NCBI RefSeq assembly: GCF_052425735.1
Contig: NC_135769.1
Coordinates: 28,892,001-28,956,000 of the forward strand
DNA length: 64,000 nucleotides
From: Oculina patagonica
Lineage: Eukaryota
Reading direction: 5' to 3'
Made by a program: the position numbers and the translations under genes. The notes below the pieces were generated by a model that ran no database searches, had not been told where the DNA came from, and saw only the letters and a program-made list of their open reading frames with translations. Positions 1 through 13,513 of this stretch are shown piece after piece; the first letter of the stretch is position 1, and every line of letters starts with the position of its first letter.

Positions 1-595
1 GCACGACAAGTTTTTACCCTCGTTCCTAAGTCGTTTCACGAGTGAAAGTAAGGGCCGGCTTTCTATGTAATCAATTCGACTTTTGTAAAGTGGAATGTAC
101 GTATGTTGTTTTCCTTAACATTCTGCATTTCCTTACCAACCCCCGTCCAGCCGTACATGTAAGGCAACGAAATGATTTTTCATAATAGAAAGGTAAATTC
201 AGGACCAACCGTCCGACCGATCAAAGAAGACCACTCTCGAAGGTAGCCCTTTCTTTCTGGAAATATATCTGACCTGATGATACGCAACCTTAGATTCCTT
301 TTTTCCGTGACGCTCCACAAATAAACTTGGAAAGATTTTAAACACTGCGAGTTGCCATATTGTCATACGACAGCATGCAATCTAGGCTCATTGAACTGTG
401 TCCCTAAAATGTAAAGACCATATGTGATGGAATGTCTGATTGCAAAAAAGTTGCCAATTAATTACCCTGAAAAAGTCAGTCCTGGTTGTGGACGGCATTT
501 ATTTCGAAATTGTTTCTAGACTTCTATAAGAATGTACCAAAATGTTGGATAAAGTTTTCGTGAATTATAAATTATGTATTATGCTCAAGATAGCT

Positions 596-983
596 CGGGT
601 GGGTACTCAAAAATTTTTTTTAATGGAGGCTCCGCCCCGAGGTCCAAATCGTTACCCTTTCACATACCATTTTGGCAGAAAAGGTTACCCTTTGGTATAA
701 CTTCGATAGGTAAATGGTACCCCTCTCAGATACCTACAGAAGGGATACTCCATCTCTTTTCTTGTCTTCACTTGAATTACCCCTTAAAATACTTAAATGA
801 ATCGACCGTTCGGTGGGTCTGTTCGAGATATTTTGAAAGGTCCCCAAATGACAGTTTTCCCTACCCTTTTGTAAACTCCGACTTGTGAAATCCTTACCCT
901 ATTTTATACTTACAGCCAGGAATAACGTATCACTTTCCGGCGGGGCCTTCCTGCATAGTCCACCATAGGGATTATTCCCCGGT
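596..983. mobile_element. Degenerate non-autonomous TIR element (CGGG...CCCGG ends)
   Basis: Left end cgggtgggtactc, right end gattattccccgg; internal recurring tacccttt motifs; non-coding. Confidence 0.35.
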
Positions 984-1060
984 CCCATGGTCTATTTTCT
1001 CATTGACCGCCAGCATACAGCTAAATCACGCTGGCATCGAATTATGACCTCATAGCTTAA

Positions 1061-1607
1061 ATGAGAAGTTCACTCCAGAATGGTCATATATTATTTTTAG
1101 GCCAATGAAAAGTTTACACAAAGATATGTTATTCACCAAAATTTCAGCCTCCAACGTTCGTTATAACCTTACAAAATCTTTCCCAAAACTCGACAACTGA
1201 ACGCCGCCATCTTGGAGCAGGTAATGTATGCGTGACGTCAAAGAGCTCAGCCTGAAGGTTGGCGGGAAAATTTCAATAGTCGAAACTCCTTGTTTTTTGT
1301 ATTTCTTGGAGCTCTGTTTGTGCAAAATGAAGCTGCACAAACAGGCATTTTGACAAACAAAAGCCACTTCGAAGAAACAAATAGTTTCGAGTATTTATAT
1401 TTTCCCGCCAAACTTCAGACTGAGCTCTTTGACGTCATGCATACATTACCAGCTCCAAGATGGCGGCGTTCAGTTGTCGAGTTTTGGGATAGATTTCGTA
1501 GGGTTATAGCGCACATTGGAGGCTGAAATTTTGGTGAATAACATATCTTTGCATAACCTTTTTATTGGCGTAAAGAAAATAATGGCCATTCTGGAGTGAA
1601 CTTCTCC
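1061..1607. mobile_element. TTAA-flanked MITE with about 210 bp TIRs (Kolobok-like)
   Basis: ttaa|atgagaagttcactccagaatgg ... ccattctggagtgaacttctcc|ttaa. The inverted arms 1061-1271 and about 1399-1607 align throughout. Confidence 0.8.
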
Positions 1608-1825
1608 TTAAAGATAGTGGGATGTATGCATCCACTTGTCACCACACATTTACAGGCAATACAGTTTATTATCGACACATTGCTACTGCCTGTTATTTTG
1701 CATGTAGTTTCTTTTTGATTTTTTTGCAAATGAAAACAATTTGTGAGTCAAGAAGATTTGTAATTTTAGGCCGCCCTTGCTAATCCTGCACATTAGGGTG
1801 ATAAATATCTTTCCTGTTGTTCTAG

Positions 1826-2660
1826 GTATGCATCAGCCGTCAACTGTGATGTCTCCCTTCCTCAGCACTCCAATCCAGTCTGTAAGGCCATCAGGAATGC
1901 TGCTCTTGCTGAAAACAAGAAGACCTACACTTTGATACACGACCCAGCTTTGCATGGCTTTGCTCTGTTGAACATGACCGCGCAGGAGCTGGGAGCGGTT
2001 GCTCTGAAAGACCCGTTCATGAGATATGTTACAACAGCATATGTTGGAATGACACAAGCGAGCAGTAAAGTTTTTGATACGTACATCAACATAACACATG
2101 GACAAGAGTTCACGGAAATCGCAGATTATCTCAAGTTGTCAGCGTTTTTCCAAACATATTTTGAGCCGGTAGTTGGGGTAAATACTACATTTCTTTTTGG
2201 TTTTTTAAATTTTTAATAACATATACTTAAGTGTATTTTAATTTTAGTTCTACGTTTTATACATGAGCCTCTGGCTCGGACATTGAGGGAGACCTCGTCC
2301 CACGTATGAACAATAAAATTGTATTGTATTGTATTGTTATTATCTATAAAGAATACGATACCAGAGTTGAGAAAAGCTATTGGGTCTGGTAACTAAGGTA
2401 AATGGCCAGTCCAAATTGGGTACATTGTTGATATTAAAAAGTACATAAAGACTTGAAATTTATTCAAAGGCCTTGTTTCTTTACGAGTTTGCGATGTCAA
2501 TCCAGCTTTGTCATCATCATCAGCATCATCATTTGATTGGTTAACAGGAAATAGTATATGAGCTCATATACCATTGACCACAAATATGGTAGCCAAAACG
2601 CGTGAACGAAAACAGCTGGGGAGCTCAAATATTGCAATTCTTCGGGCGTTTTTAATAAAA

Positions 2661-2697
<37 letters not shown>

Positions 2698-5097
2698 AGC
2701 GAACTCGGCGCTACGCACCCCGTTGACTATTTACCATCTCATATCCAACGCGCTCTTGTGGAACTGCTGTTACATATAACAGCCTATTGTTCTGGTACTT
2801 AAAAATGAAAACCGAGGATAAAAATCTACTTTACTTAATATATTTTTTCTCTTTTAGGAATACGTGAGGCTACCATCCAAACACGAGGCGTTTATTAACG
2901 ACAAAACTAAATGGATCAGTGATAAGATCTTCACTCAGCAGCGTCTGGCAGGAGTTAATCCCATGTCAATCAAAAGGGTGACAATTCACGGAGAAGGTAG
3001 GACTGTTTCCTGGGTAACCATTAATACATTCCAGTACTTTTTTTCACATCAAATTACGTGATGACAGAAAAACAAACGTGCGATGGACACACGGAAAGGG
3101 GACTGATGAACAATTAAATAATCAGTTAGCCAGAGACCGGAAGAAACCCATCATTCAGAGAAATCCGCCATTCTTGTAAATGTCCAGGCGCAGATCGCCT
3201 GCTTGAATGTCCCTCCGTACATTGGATAATTCAAGTTTTACAATGTTCCTACATCGATTATAGCTGGTCTAACATATAACTTTGGCGATGCTTGGCAATC
3301 TGGCTAATATCATAATTTTTCTACGTAGGTATTATGAATTCGTACTTTAACGTTCCTTCTTGAATGTACTAAAATAGATGTTGCTGCATAAACGAATGTT
3401 TCTTTGTCGGTAATAATGCAAGTTTGATATCGTCTGTGTATAGCTATAATGTTTCTGCCTCCCTGTCATCTTACCTACTTTAACCTCTATTATAAACATG
3501 TCCCTTATGACTGGTATAATGCCACATGCTCTTAAAGTTGCCGTATTAAGACCACTTCTCAAGAAACAAGACGCCGATACTGAGCAACTACAAAACTTTC
3601 GGCCAATCTCAAATCTGAAATTTGTGTCTAAGCTGATAGAGAAAGCTGTTGCTTCGCAATTAAACGATCACATATTGAAGCACCACCTTGGTGAGACATT
3701 TCAATCTGCTTATAAAAGATTTCACAGCACAGAGACAGCCCTTGTAAGAGTTCACAATGATATTCTTACTGCTATCGACAACAATAACTCCGTTATTCTA
3801 CTTTTACTTGATTTATCGGCCGCCTTTGACACTGTAGACCATTTCATCTTATTATCAAGGCTATCTACTCGGTTTGGGATCAAAGGAACAGTACTTTCTT
3901 GGCTAAAATCATATTTAACATCACGTACACAGTTCGTTAAAGTCAATAACAGCAGATCTTCTCGACGTTTCTTGGAACGTGGAGTACCACAAGGATCAGT
4001 CCTTGGTCCTCTCTTATACTTACTGTATACATCACCTCTTGCCGACATTATTAAGCGTCACAACTTAGAGTACCATTTCTATGCTGACGACACACAGCTT
4101 TATGTGGCGTTAAAAACTGACAGTCTTGATAGAATGGCACAGTGTAAAACTTCGATTGAGCAGTGTGTCTGTGATATTGACAACTGGATGGCTGTCAACA
4201 AGCTCAAATTAAATCAAGAAAAGACTGAAGTTTTTCTTATCAGCTCAAGGTATCGCCCTAGGCCTCCTTTAGAGTCTTTTCAAATTGGCAATGTGAACGT
4301 TGTACCCACATCCTCAGCTCGAAATCTGGGCGCTATTTTTGATCAGTGTTTTAACCTTGAGGAACACATCAAATCAATCTGCAAGTCTTCTCATTACCAT
4401 ATAAGGAATCTAGCCAAAATTAGAAAGTACATTGATGAAGAGAGTGCCAAAACTGTTGTTCATGCCTTTATTACTTCGAAGTTGGATAACTGCAACTCAC
4501 TGCTATATGGTCTTCCACAGCATCTACTTTCAAGATTACAATCCGTTCAAAATACGGCAGCTTGAATTATTACACATACTAGGAAATTCGATCATATTAC
4601 CCCTGTGCTTAAGAAGCTACACTGGCTACCTGTCCGCTATCGTATAATTTACAAAATTCTCTTACTAGTCTACAAAGCTCTCCATGGGGCAGCGCCTTGC
4701 TACATGCAAGAGTTACTTTACTGTCACACCTCTCGGAGATTTTTAAGATCATCTACACAGCACCTTCTGGCGACCCCCAAAGCAAAATTAAAAACATATG
4801 GAGAGAGAGCGTTTGCCGTGGCAGCCCCAAGGCTGTGGAACACAATCCCACTTGAACTTAGATAAAGTCCTTCTATTGACATTTTTAAGAGACATTTAAA
4901 AAAGTACCTTTTTAAACAGGCTTTTTAATCATTATAATTTTTTTAGGTACATTTGAACTTATATTTGTAAATATCCGTTTTTAAAATTTTTAGAGCTTTT
5001 AACTTTTTAACATCATTTTATTAATATTTTTTTATTGTAAAGCGCCATGAGCAATTAGTGGATTTTGGCGCTATAAAAATACTTTTTATTATTATTA

Positions 5098-5137
<40 letters not shown>

Positions 5138-8100
5138 TCCTTCTTTTATGCAATGTACGGCGTTATAATGTCCCTATTTTGATAATATTAATATCGCTAA
5201 ATTCGTCATATTCCTTATAGAAAAAAGGAGATGTACAGTAAAGACAGAAGACGGAAGATGGTGTCATTTTCCATTTACCTATCGTGGTAAAGTTTACCAC
5301 AAGTGTACCACTGTTCGCCATCATAAAGCTTGGTGTTCAACTGCAGAAAAATACAGACCGGGCAGATGGGGAGTCTGTGCAGGTAATATAAGAATTCAAT
5401 ATGTAATCGACAGGACTTAAAAATTCCAATGTTCAAATATTTTTTTTTTATCTATTTATTTTAACTATATATTTTTTTGTTTATCTCATTGTTTAGAGGA
5501 AGACAAAAGCCCAGAAGAGGAACGTAAGTCCTACTATTAACTGACTTATATTTAGCAGTAATTAAAAAACAATGAACGATCGAAGCAAGCCATTGCGGAA
5601 GTATGCTTTAAATATAAAAAGGGTAATTGGCTAACTACCTCCTGCCAGTTGGGATTTTTTTATTTTAAACTGAAACTTGTTCTTTGGCAAAAGAAACTGA
5701 AGCACAAGTATATTTGTTATTCCAACAGTATTGTTGAACCGTTTTTTTTACTAACTTATTGTTACCTTTTCAGAAGCTTTGGACTGCACCGTTAAAACAA
5801 CAAAAGGCGAATGGTGCCATTTTCCATTCACCTACAAAGGAGTGAAATATGAAGAATGCACAAGAAAGGACTACTTTGCACCATGGTGTGCTACAAATGA
5901 TAAAAACAGATGGGGTGTCTGCGCAGGTAATAGCTCACATCTTCATAATCTTCATTTGGACGTGTTACGAGTAGCCCGGGAAGTTTTAAGCTTTAGCAAA
6001 CTAGGATGGCTTTTGATGTCGAGGTTCATGTTCTCCTAAAGCGAACGATATCCCATCCTGGGTAGTAAAGCAGGTCAAGTCGCAGGTTTGTCGGTGGCGT
6101 TTAAGAACCAGATTACACAGAGAAAGAGGTTATGTACTGTCTTAGGCTGCAAAGAGATCATGGGAAAAAGCTCCTTCAACGTACAGTATTAGAGCCCAAA
6201 TGTAATCATTTCATTGCTGAAGCATTTTTTTTCTCTTCTAGGAAAAGAACAGGAGAAAGAAGAGCAAGGTAGGTTTTAACAGGTTTAAAAATATAACATT
6301 AATATAGTATCGATTCCACCAAGGTAAATATAGCATGCATCACATGATCAATTTCTCATCCCGTCAAAGGCAGGATACTCAAAAATAATCTCCTAGAATA
6401 TCAGATAAAGGAAATTCGATTTGTACTTCTTCAGAGCCATCTCCCAGTCTTATTCTCTTTATGAATGTAATGCAGTAGCTGATATCCTACTTGTAGTTTA
6501 TGTTACACCAGTAAATGCTTGTTTATATTCACCTCTCCTTTTGACGATCAAATGCCTTGATAAGCAGACTGAAAACTCCACCTTCAAGTAATTGGCTTGG
6601 GTATTCTTCATCTTGCCCATGCAAGTCAGCAGTACTTATAATGCACCCGAACCTTTCAAAGTCCTGCTAGGTTACTTTGCTTGAAAAATAGAAAGAAACA
6701 TTAATTTGTAATGGTGATAATGTGTTTTCTCCTCAGGACCAGTAGGACTGGATTGGAACAAGTTGAAGGAGACGCTGAATCCTGAATTTGACTGGGATGC
6801 CGCTGTGCAAGCGGCTCTGAAGACTGGAGATTCTTTGGAAGATGTATGTCTTTTTTTGTTGTTGTTGTTGTTAATTTGGTAGCTAATAAAGAGAAGCACT
6901 ATACCTTAAACTTGTAGCCGGGTTGGCTGCATTAAAAAGGACTTTGAGTGAAACATATTTATTCCTCCTGATATCATAAGCTTAATAAAAAATACAAATA
7001 GACTGCAGAACATGTTACTTATAATTTTCAGGCAATAAACCAAGATCGTATCTACGCTCTGCGTTACGAGTTGTGTGATGACATGGACAGATCACCAGAC
7101 CTTACCGACAGAGATCCTGGAAGGACCATGTGGAACTTTCTCTCTCCCATTGCGCTCTTTGCATCTACGAAGGTTGGTGAATATAACATACTCGTGCCCG
7201 TCGCCATACAGATGGACTACACGCCAGGTTGGTAAAAACTAATCAATATGTATATATACCGACGTATGTTAATGCCACTGAACATCTTCTTGATATACTC
7301 GTGCCAAGAAAATAAGTTTAATCTCGTCAGGTTTTCAAATATGCAACCGTTTACTCAGACGTACTTGAATCCGCCTTACTGAGGATTGCTTAACTGTACT
7401 GAATTTTTTTCTTTTGGCGGACTTTTCCTAAAAGCAGGGTTTAAATTTAGTTGTGTTCTTCAATGGCTGATGTAGAAGTACTCATAGGCGCGTGGAGGTT
7501 GAGAATGGGTGTGGTGCAAGTGAAAAGAGGGAATGGGGGGGGGGGGGAGGGGGAGAAGCTAAGTGCCGCATTGTTCCAATAAAATCAAAAGCTTTTGGAT
7601 CTCTTGATTTTCTACTTTTCAACAAGTTAAAAAAGAGTGGCCCAGCCCCAGGTCCGCCACAGTTACTGTAATGTGAGCCAGCAGTGCGTTTTTCATTTGA
7701 GAGGATTGCCTCATGTCCATTTTTTCCCGTGGCACTTTGTTGTCTCATTGCTTGTATTATTTTGTATTGATTTTAAACCCGCGCGGTTTTTTATCCTGAC
7801 CGATAACTCTGTTTCACCAGATTCTGTGGTTTACACTCCAAGCGACGGAGACAACTGGTTGATTGCCAAACTCAATGTTCAAATCACGGATTTGGGATAC
7901 TCACAAATTGTTGAGCACCTCGCTAAGGTATGATTTGTTCCTTACACTTATCATGACTGTAAACTATAAGGCAATTGCAAATTTATAGTCATGCATGTAA
8001 TTTTCCCAAGTGACCACGGCTGCTTTAGCCGTTGCAGTGGCGTTCAGCTGCTTTGTGAATCTGTTTTCATCTTTTCAGGTCCATTATTTCATCGAGCCAT

Positions 8101-9155
8101 TCTGTGTCTCCTTAAAACGGACCTTGCCTCCTGTACATCCGCTGAATCAAATACTGAAGTATCACTGCCGAGAGGTGATTGTCCCTAACAAATTTGGAAC
8201 TCCTGCTTTAGTGAATGAAGCGCGGTTCATGGACCTTCTTTTTGCATATGGAAACGACGGTGCAATAAGACTCCTTCAAGATGCACATCCATTATCAACA
8301 TGGGAAGTGACAGATTTCAGGCGCAACATCAAGGTACCGCTTGCCTCACAATATATAGCGAGCTATTAAATTTGGTAACTAGCAACCACCATAGAATGAA
8401 ACTGCAGAAGAAATATAGTACCATTTTCATCAGGAATACTGCGTGGCTGACCTTGTTAAAGGGTTCATTGAGATCCAATTTTAACCTGAAGTTAATTGTG
8501 AAAACGTGAAAAATGAACGACAAAATTGTTATTATTTAAGTATTTAAGTCGACAATACGCAACTTAGACCTTCCAACTTAGATTCACTAACTATGCCTAT
8601 ACTACAAACAAACTGCATGGAATAAAACAATATATACAAAAATGTGTCCACGGTGCTTGACTACAAAAAACTGAGACAATTTTTTATATAGAACATGCAA
8701 ATTTGTATTAAAACAAAGCGTTTTCTCTTGCAAACAGGACTCGCATTGACGTTGGCCTGCTTGTTTGTTTTCTATCTTCCTTAAAAGGCCTAGGGAACGC
8801 ATATACTTTATTTTCATCCACAAGTCCAAGATAAAGTGTACAACTCAAATGCAATCGTAGCGCATTACCTCGATCCTAAGAAACGATAACGTAAACTAAA
8901 TGATGACAGGTAAAAAATGCCTATTCTAAATGACACTATCTATCTGTCTGTTTCCTTTTTTTTAATAACATGTCAAACTTTTCTTTTTCTTTGACTTTGC
9001 AAGAAACGCGGACTGGATGACAAAAAACTCCTGCCATACTTCCCTTACCGAGATGATGGTATAAAGATATTGGAAGTTATTGAACACATGGTGAAGAACT
9101 ATGTGAACTTGTAAGTGAAATAATAAAAAAACAACCTGTTTGCCTACCAAGTTCA

Positions 9156-9217
<62 letters not shown>

Positions 9218-11227
9218 CCGTTTTCAAAAACGTTTTCTTCAGAGAGATATATAGATAGATAGATACCTTTTGTTTAGAGTCGGTGAACCATGTTATTTTT
9301 GCATGAACCGCACGCTTGTTAACACCAGACTGTTAACAAAAACACACCCACGTGAGAAAACAAACTGAATATTCGAGTGTCTCAATTCCCTTAGATGGTT
9401 GACGGTTAAAAATAAGCCGTTTTCGCGGTTGATGGCGGCAAGGCCAAATGACGGATGACGGTTAATTTTATGGAATGACGGTTATAACAAGAAATTAAAT
9501 CAGCAAATTTGGCTGCAATTTTTCATAAAAGAGTACAATTTCGCCCACATTTTGACTTGCTCACCATCAGAGATCAAATTTGACTAATGCTTCTATTTGT
9601 CTTCCCGATGTTGTTATGGCATTTCTGTGTTCAAAAAGCTCCTCTGATTCAGTATCGCCGTAGGCACTGTCCACGGGTCACTTTCAATTTCTTGCCTGTA
9701 GCCAGACGAAAATACTACAAAGACAATAACAGAAAAAAGGCCCACTTCCTTCATATTTATATTTTTAATTCATAGCCTCTTACAGCATACTGAAACAAAT
9801 GAATAAATTCAGAATTTTTACTGAGGCACCGTGCCTCGGTTCGCCAGTTACTAACTACAGCCCTGAAATTCATTTACTTCAAAAGGTTCGCGCCCATTGA
9901 TTGTCCGGCGATTCCTTGTTTGCTATTCTTTTCTGAGGCCCCGTCCACACTGACCCGGGTAAATTTGAAAACGCATCTTTTTTTCTCCGGTTAGGCCAAC
10001 CGTCCACACTGAAACAGCGTTTTCGGTCACCGAAAACGGAGCTTTTCAAAAACGCTCACCAATGAGCGTTTGGACTTGGAGCGTGAAATAGTGTATTTTT
10101 ATATTTTATTGTAAATAATTTTAGAGGGCCACTGGTTTGTTAGTATTTTTTATGTTATTTTAGTGCTACCCTCGTTAAATAAAGACTTTACTTTTACTTT
10201 TACTTACTAATGAAGCGTATCGTTTTCAAATTTACCCGAGTTAATGTGGACGGAAAACATTTTACGCGGCGTTTTCAAATTTCTCCGTTTTCAAATTTAC
10301 CCGGGTCAGTGTGTACGGGGCCTGAGACTGAAGTATGTGCTTGATATCGTTTAATCAGTTTTTCCTTCTTACTTCGATGAGTGCTTACTTCCGCCTGAAC
10401 AGTCCCCCTCAAAAGACGCTTGACATCGTGCTTGGTAGAAGAGAAAGAGCCGCAAAAGCGAGATCATGCTTAGTAATTCTCAGTGACTCGTTTATGATCT
10501 GTAATTATAACACCAGTTATAAATTGAAAAGGCCGACGTTCTTCGACACCGGAAATGTTTCCAGACGGAAGTCGGTTTTGAATATTTAAACGAACATTTA
10601 TAAACAGCTTTACTTGACTTCATTTTAGTCACTCGTTGATATCCGAGACAGTCGACGGCTAATATTTTGCTGGCTTTATTGACGGTAAAAAATATTGCAT
10701 TTTTACTGTTGAAGGTTAATTTTTTGACCATTTGACAGTTGACGGTAAACCGCATTGCGATCCTCATATTGTTTTATCAAAATAAAAGGGTATTGATTGT
10801 GAAGAAATGAAGCTTTTCAGAATATCGTATCTCTTAGCTTTGGCGATCAAACATGCCAATTCGCGAGGAACGGACGTTCGCAGATCGTTCGCGAAAGCGT
10901 TGCAAAATGTTTGTTCGTTACGCCTAGTAACTTCGGTTTTGTGAGCGCTCTTCCGAGCTCCTAGAACAAGTCAAATAATTCGCCAACGCAAATCTTTACT
11001 AACAGGAGCGGGCATTTTCTGTCGCCTTTCTGTCCACGATCAATTCATTTTTATTTTGAAACAATTAATATGAGATTCATTTTGTTTTCTCATGTGGGTG
11101 TGTTTTTGTTAACAGTCTGGTGTTAACAAGCGTGCGGTTCATGCAAAAATAACATGGTTCACCGACTCTAAACAAAAGGTATCTATCTATCTATATATCT
11201 CTCTGAAGAAAACGTTTTTGAAAACGG

Positions 11228-11285
<58 letters not shown>

Positions 11286-11356
11286 CCGTTTTCAAAAACG
11301 TTTTCTTCAGAGAGATATATATATCTCTCTGAAGAAAACGTTTTTGAAAACGGGTG

Positions 11357-11428
<72 letters not shown>

Positions 11429-13438
11429 CCGTTTTCAAAAACGTTTTCTTCAGAGAGATATATAGATAGATAGATACCTTTTGTTTAGAGTCGGTGAACC
11501 ATGTTATTTTTGCATGAACCGCACGCTTGTTAACACCAGACTGTTAACAAAAACACACCCACATGAGAAAACAAAATGAATCTCATATTAATTGTTTCAA
11601 AATAAAAATGAATTGATCGTGGACAGAAAGGCGACAGAAAATGCCCGCTCCTGTTAGTAAAGATTTGCGTTGGCGAATTATTTGACTTGTTCTAGGAGCT
11701 CGGAAGAGCGCTCACAAAACCGAAGTTACTAGGCGTAACGAACAAACATTTTGCAACGCTTTCGCGAACGATCTGCGAACGTCCGTTCCTCGCGAATTGG
11801 CATGTTTGATCGCCAAAGCTAAGAGATACGATATTCTGAAAAGCTTCATTTCTTCACAATCAATACCCTTTTATTTTGATAAAACAATATGAGGATCGCA
11901 ATGCGGTTTACCGTCAACTGTCAAATGGTCAAAAAATTAACCTTCAACAGTAAAAATGCAATATTTTTTACCGTCAATAAAGCCAGCAAAATATTAGCCG
12001 TCGACTGTCTCGGATATCAACGAGTGACTAAAATGAAGTCAAGTAAAGCTGTTTATAAATGTTCGTTTAAATATTCAAAACCGACTTCCGTCTGGAAACA
12101 TTTCCGGTGTCGAAGAACGTCGGCCTTTTCAATTTATAACTGGTGTTATAATTACAGATCATAAACGAGTCACTGAGAATTACTAAGCATGATCTCGCTT
12201 TTGCGGCTCTTTCTCTTCTACCAAGCACGATGTCAAGCGTCTTTTGAGGGGGACTGTTCAGGCGGAAGTAAGCACTCATCGAAGTAAGAAGGAAAAACTG
12301 ATTAAACGATATCAAGCACATACTTCAGTCTCAGGCCCCGTACACACTGACCCGGGTAAATTTGAAAACGGAGAAATTTGAAAACGCCGCGTAAAATGTT
12401 TTCCGTCCACATTAACTCGGGTAAATTTGAAAACGATACGCTTCATTAGTAAGTAAAAGTAAAAGTAAAGTCTTTATTTAACGAGGGTAGCACTAAAATA
12501 ACATAAAAAATACTAACAAACCAGTGGCCCTCTAAAATTATTTACAATAAAATATAAAAATACACTATTTCACGCTCCAAGTCCAAACGCTCATTGGTGA
12601 GCGTTTTTGAAAAGCTCCGTTTTCGGTGACCGAAAACGCTGTTTCAGTGTGGACGGTTGGCCTAACCGGAGAAAAAAAGATGCGTTTTCAAATTTACCCG
12701 GGTCAGTGTGGACGGGGCCTCAGAAAAGAATAGCAAACAAGGAATCGCCGGACAATCAATGGGCGCGAACCTTTTGAAGTAAATGAATTTCAGGGCTGTA
12801 GTTAGTAACTGGCGAACCGAGGCACGGTGCCTCAGTAAAAATTCTGAATTTATTCATTTGTTTCAGTATGCTGTAAGAGGCTATGAATTAAAAATATAAA
12901 TATGAAGGAAGTGGGCCTTTTTTCTGTTATTGTCTTTGTAGTATTTTCGTCTGGCTACAGGCAAGAAATTGAAAGTGACCCGTGGACAGTGCCTACGGCG
13001 ATACTGAATCAGAGGAGCTTTTTGAACACAGAAATGCCATAACAACATCGGGAAGACAAATAGAAGCATTAGTCAAATTTGATCTCTGATGGTGAGCAAG
13101 TCAAAATGTGGGCGAAATTGTACTCTTTTATGAAAAATTGCAGCCAAATTTGCTGATTTAATTTCTTGTTATAACCGTCATTCCATAAAATTAACCGTCA
13201 TCCGTCATTTGGCCTTGCCGCCATCAACCGCGAAAACGGCTTATTTTTAACCGTCAACCATCTAAGGGAATTGAGACACTCGAATATTCAGTTTGTTTTC
13301 TCACGTGGGTGTGTTTTTGTTAACAGTCTGGTGTTAACAAGCGTGCGGTTCATGCAAAAATAACATGGTTCACCGACTCTAAACAAAAGGTATCTATCTA
13401 TCTATATATCTCTCTGAAGAAAACGTTTTTGAAAACGG

Positions 13439-13513
<75 letters not shown>

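Noticed and set aside
1-1825. Search for the LOX-A signal-peptide exon, a PLAT exon or a catalase-like allene oxide synthase domain
   Set aside because: No match to the ACAGCTTCAAG/gt first-exon pattern or to such domains. In B and C the signal exon joins exon 2 in frame, so an AOS-LOX fusion is not supported.
7821-8100. Manganese-lipoxygenase assignment because the enzyme looks secreted and lacks C-terminal Ile
   Set aside because: The ligand spacing is H-x4-H (HLAKVH), the iron-LOX pattern, not the H-x3-H of fungal Mn-LOX.
11183-11469. YIYIYI ORFs
   Set aside because: Translations of (TA)n microsatellite.
9587-13069. Mirrored ORF pairs inside the palindrome as a possible transposase or two-gene system
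   Set aside because: Short, motif-free ORFs duplicated only because the DNA is an inverted repeat.
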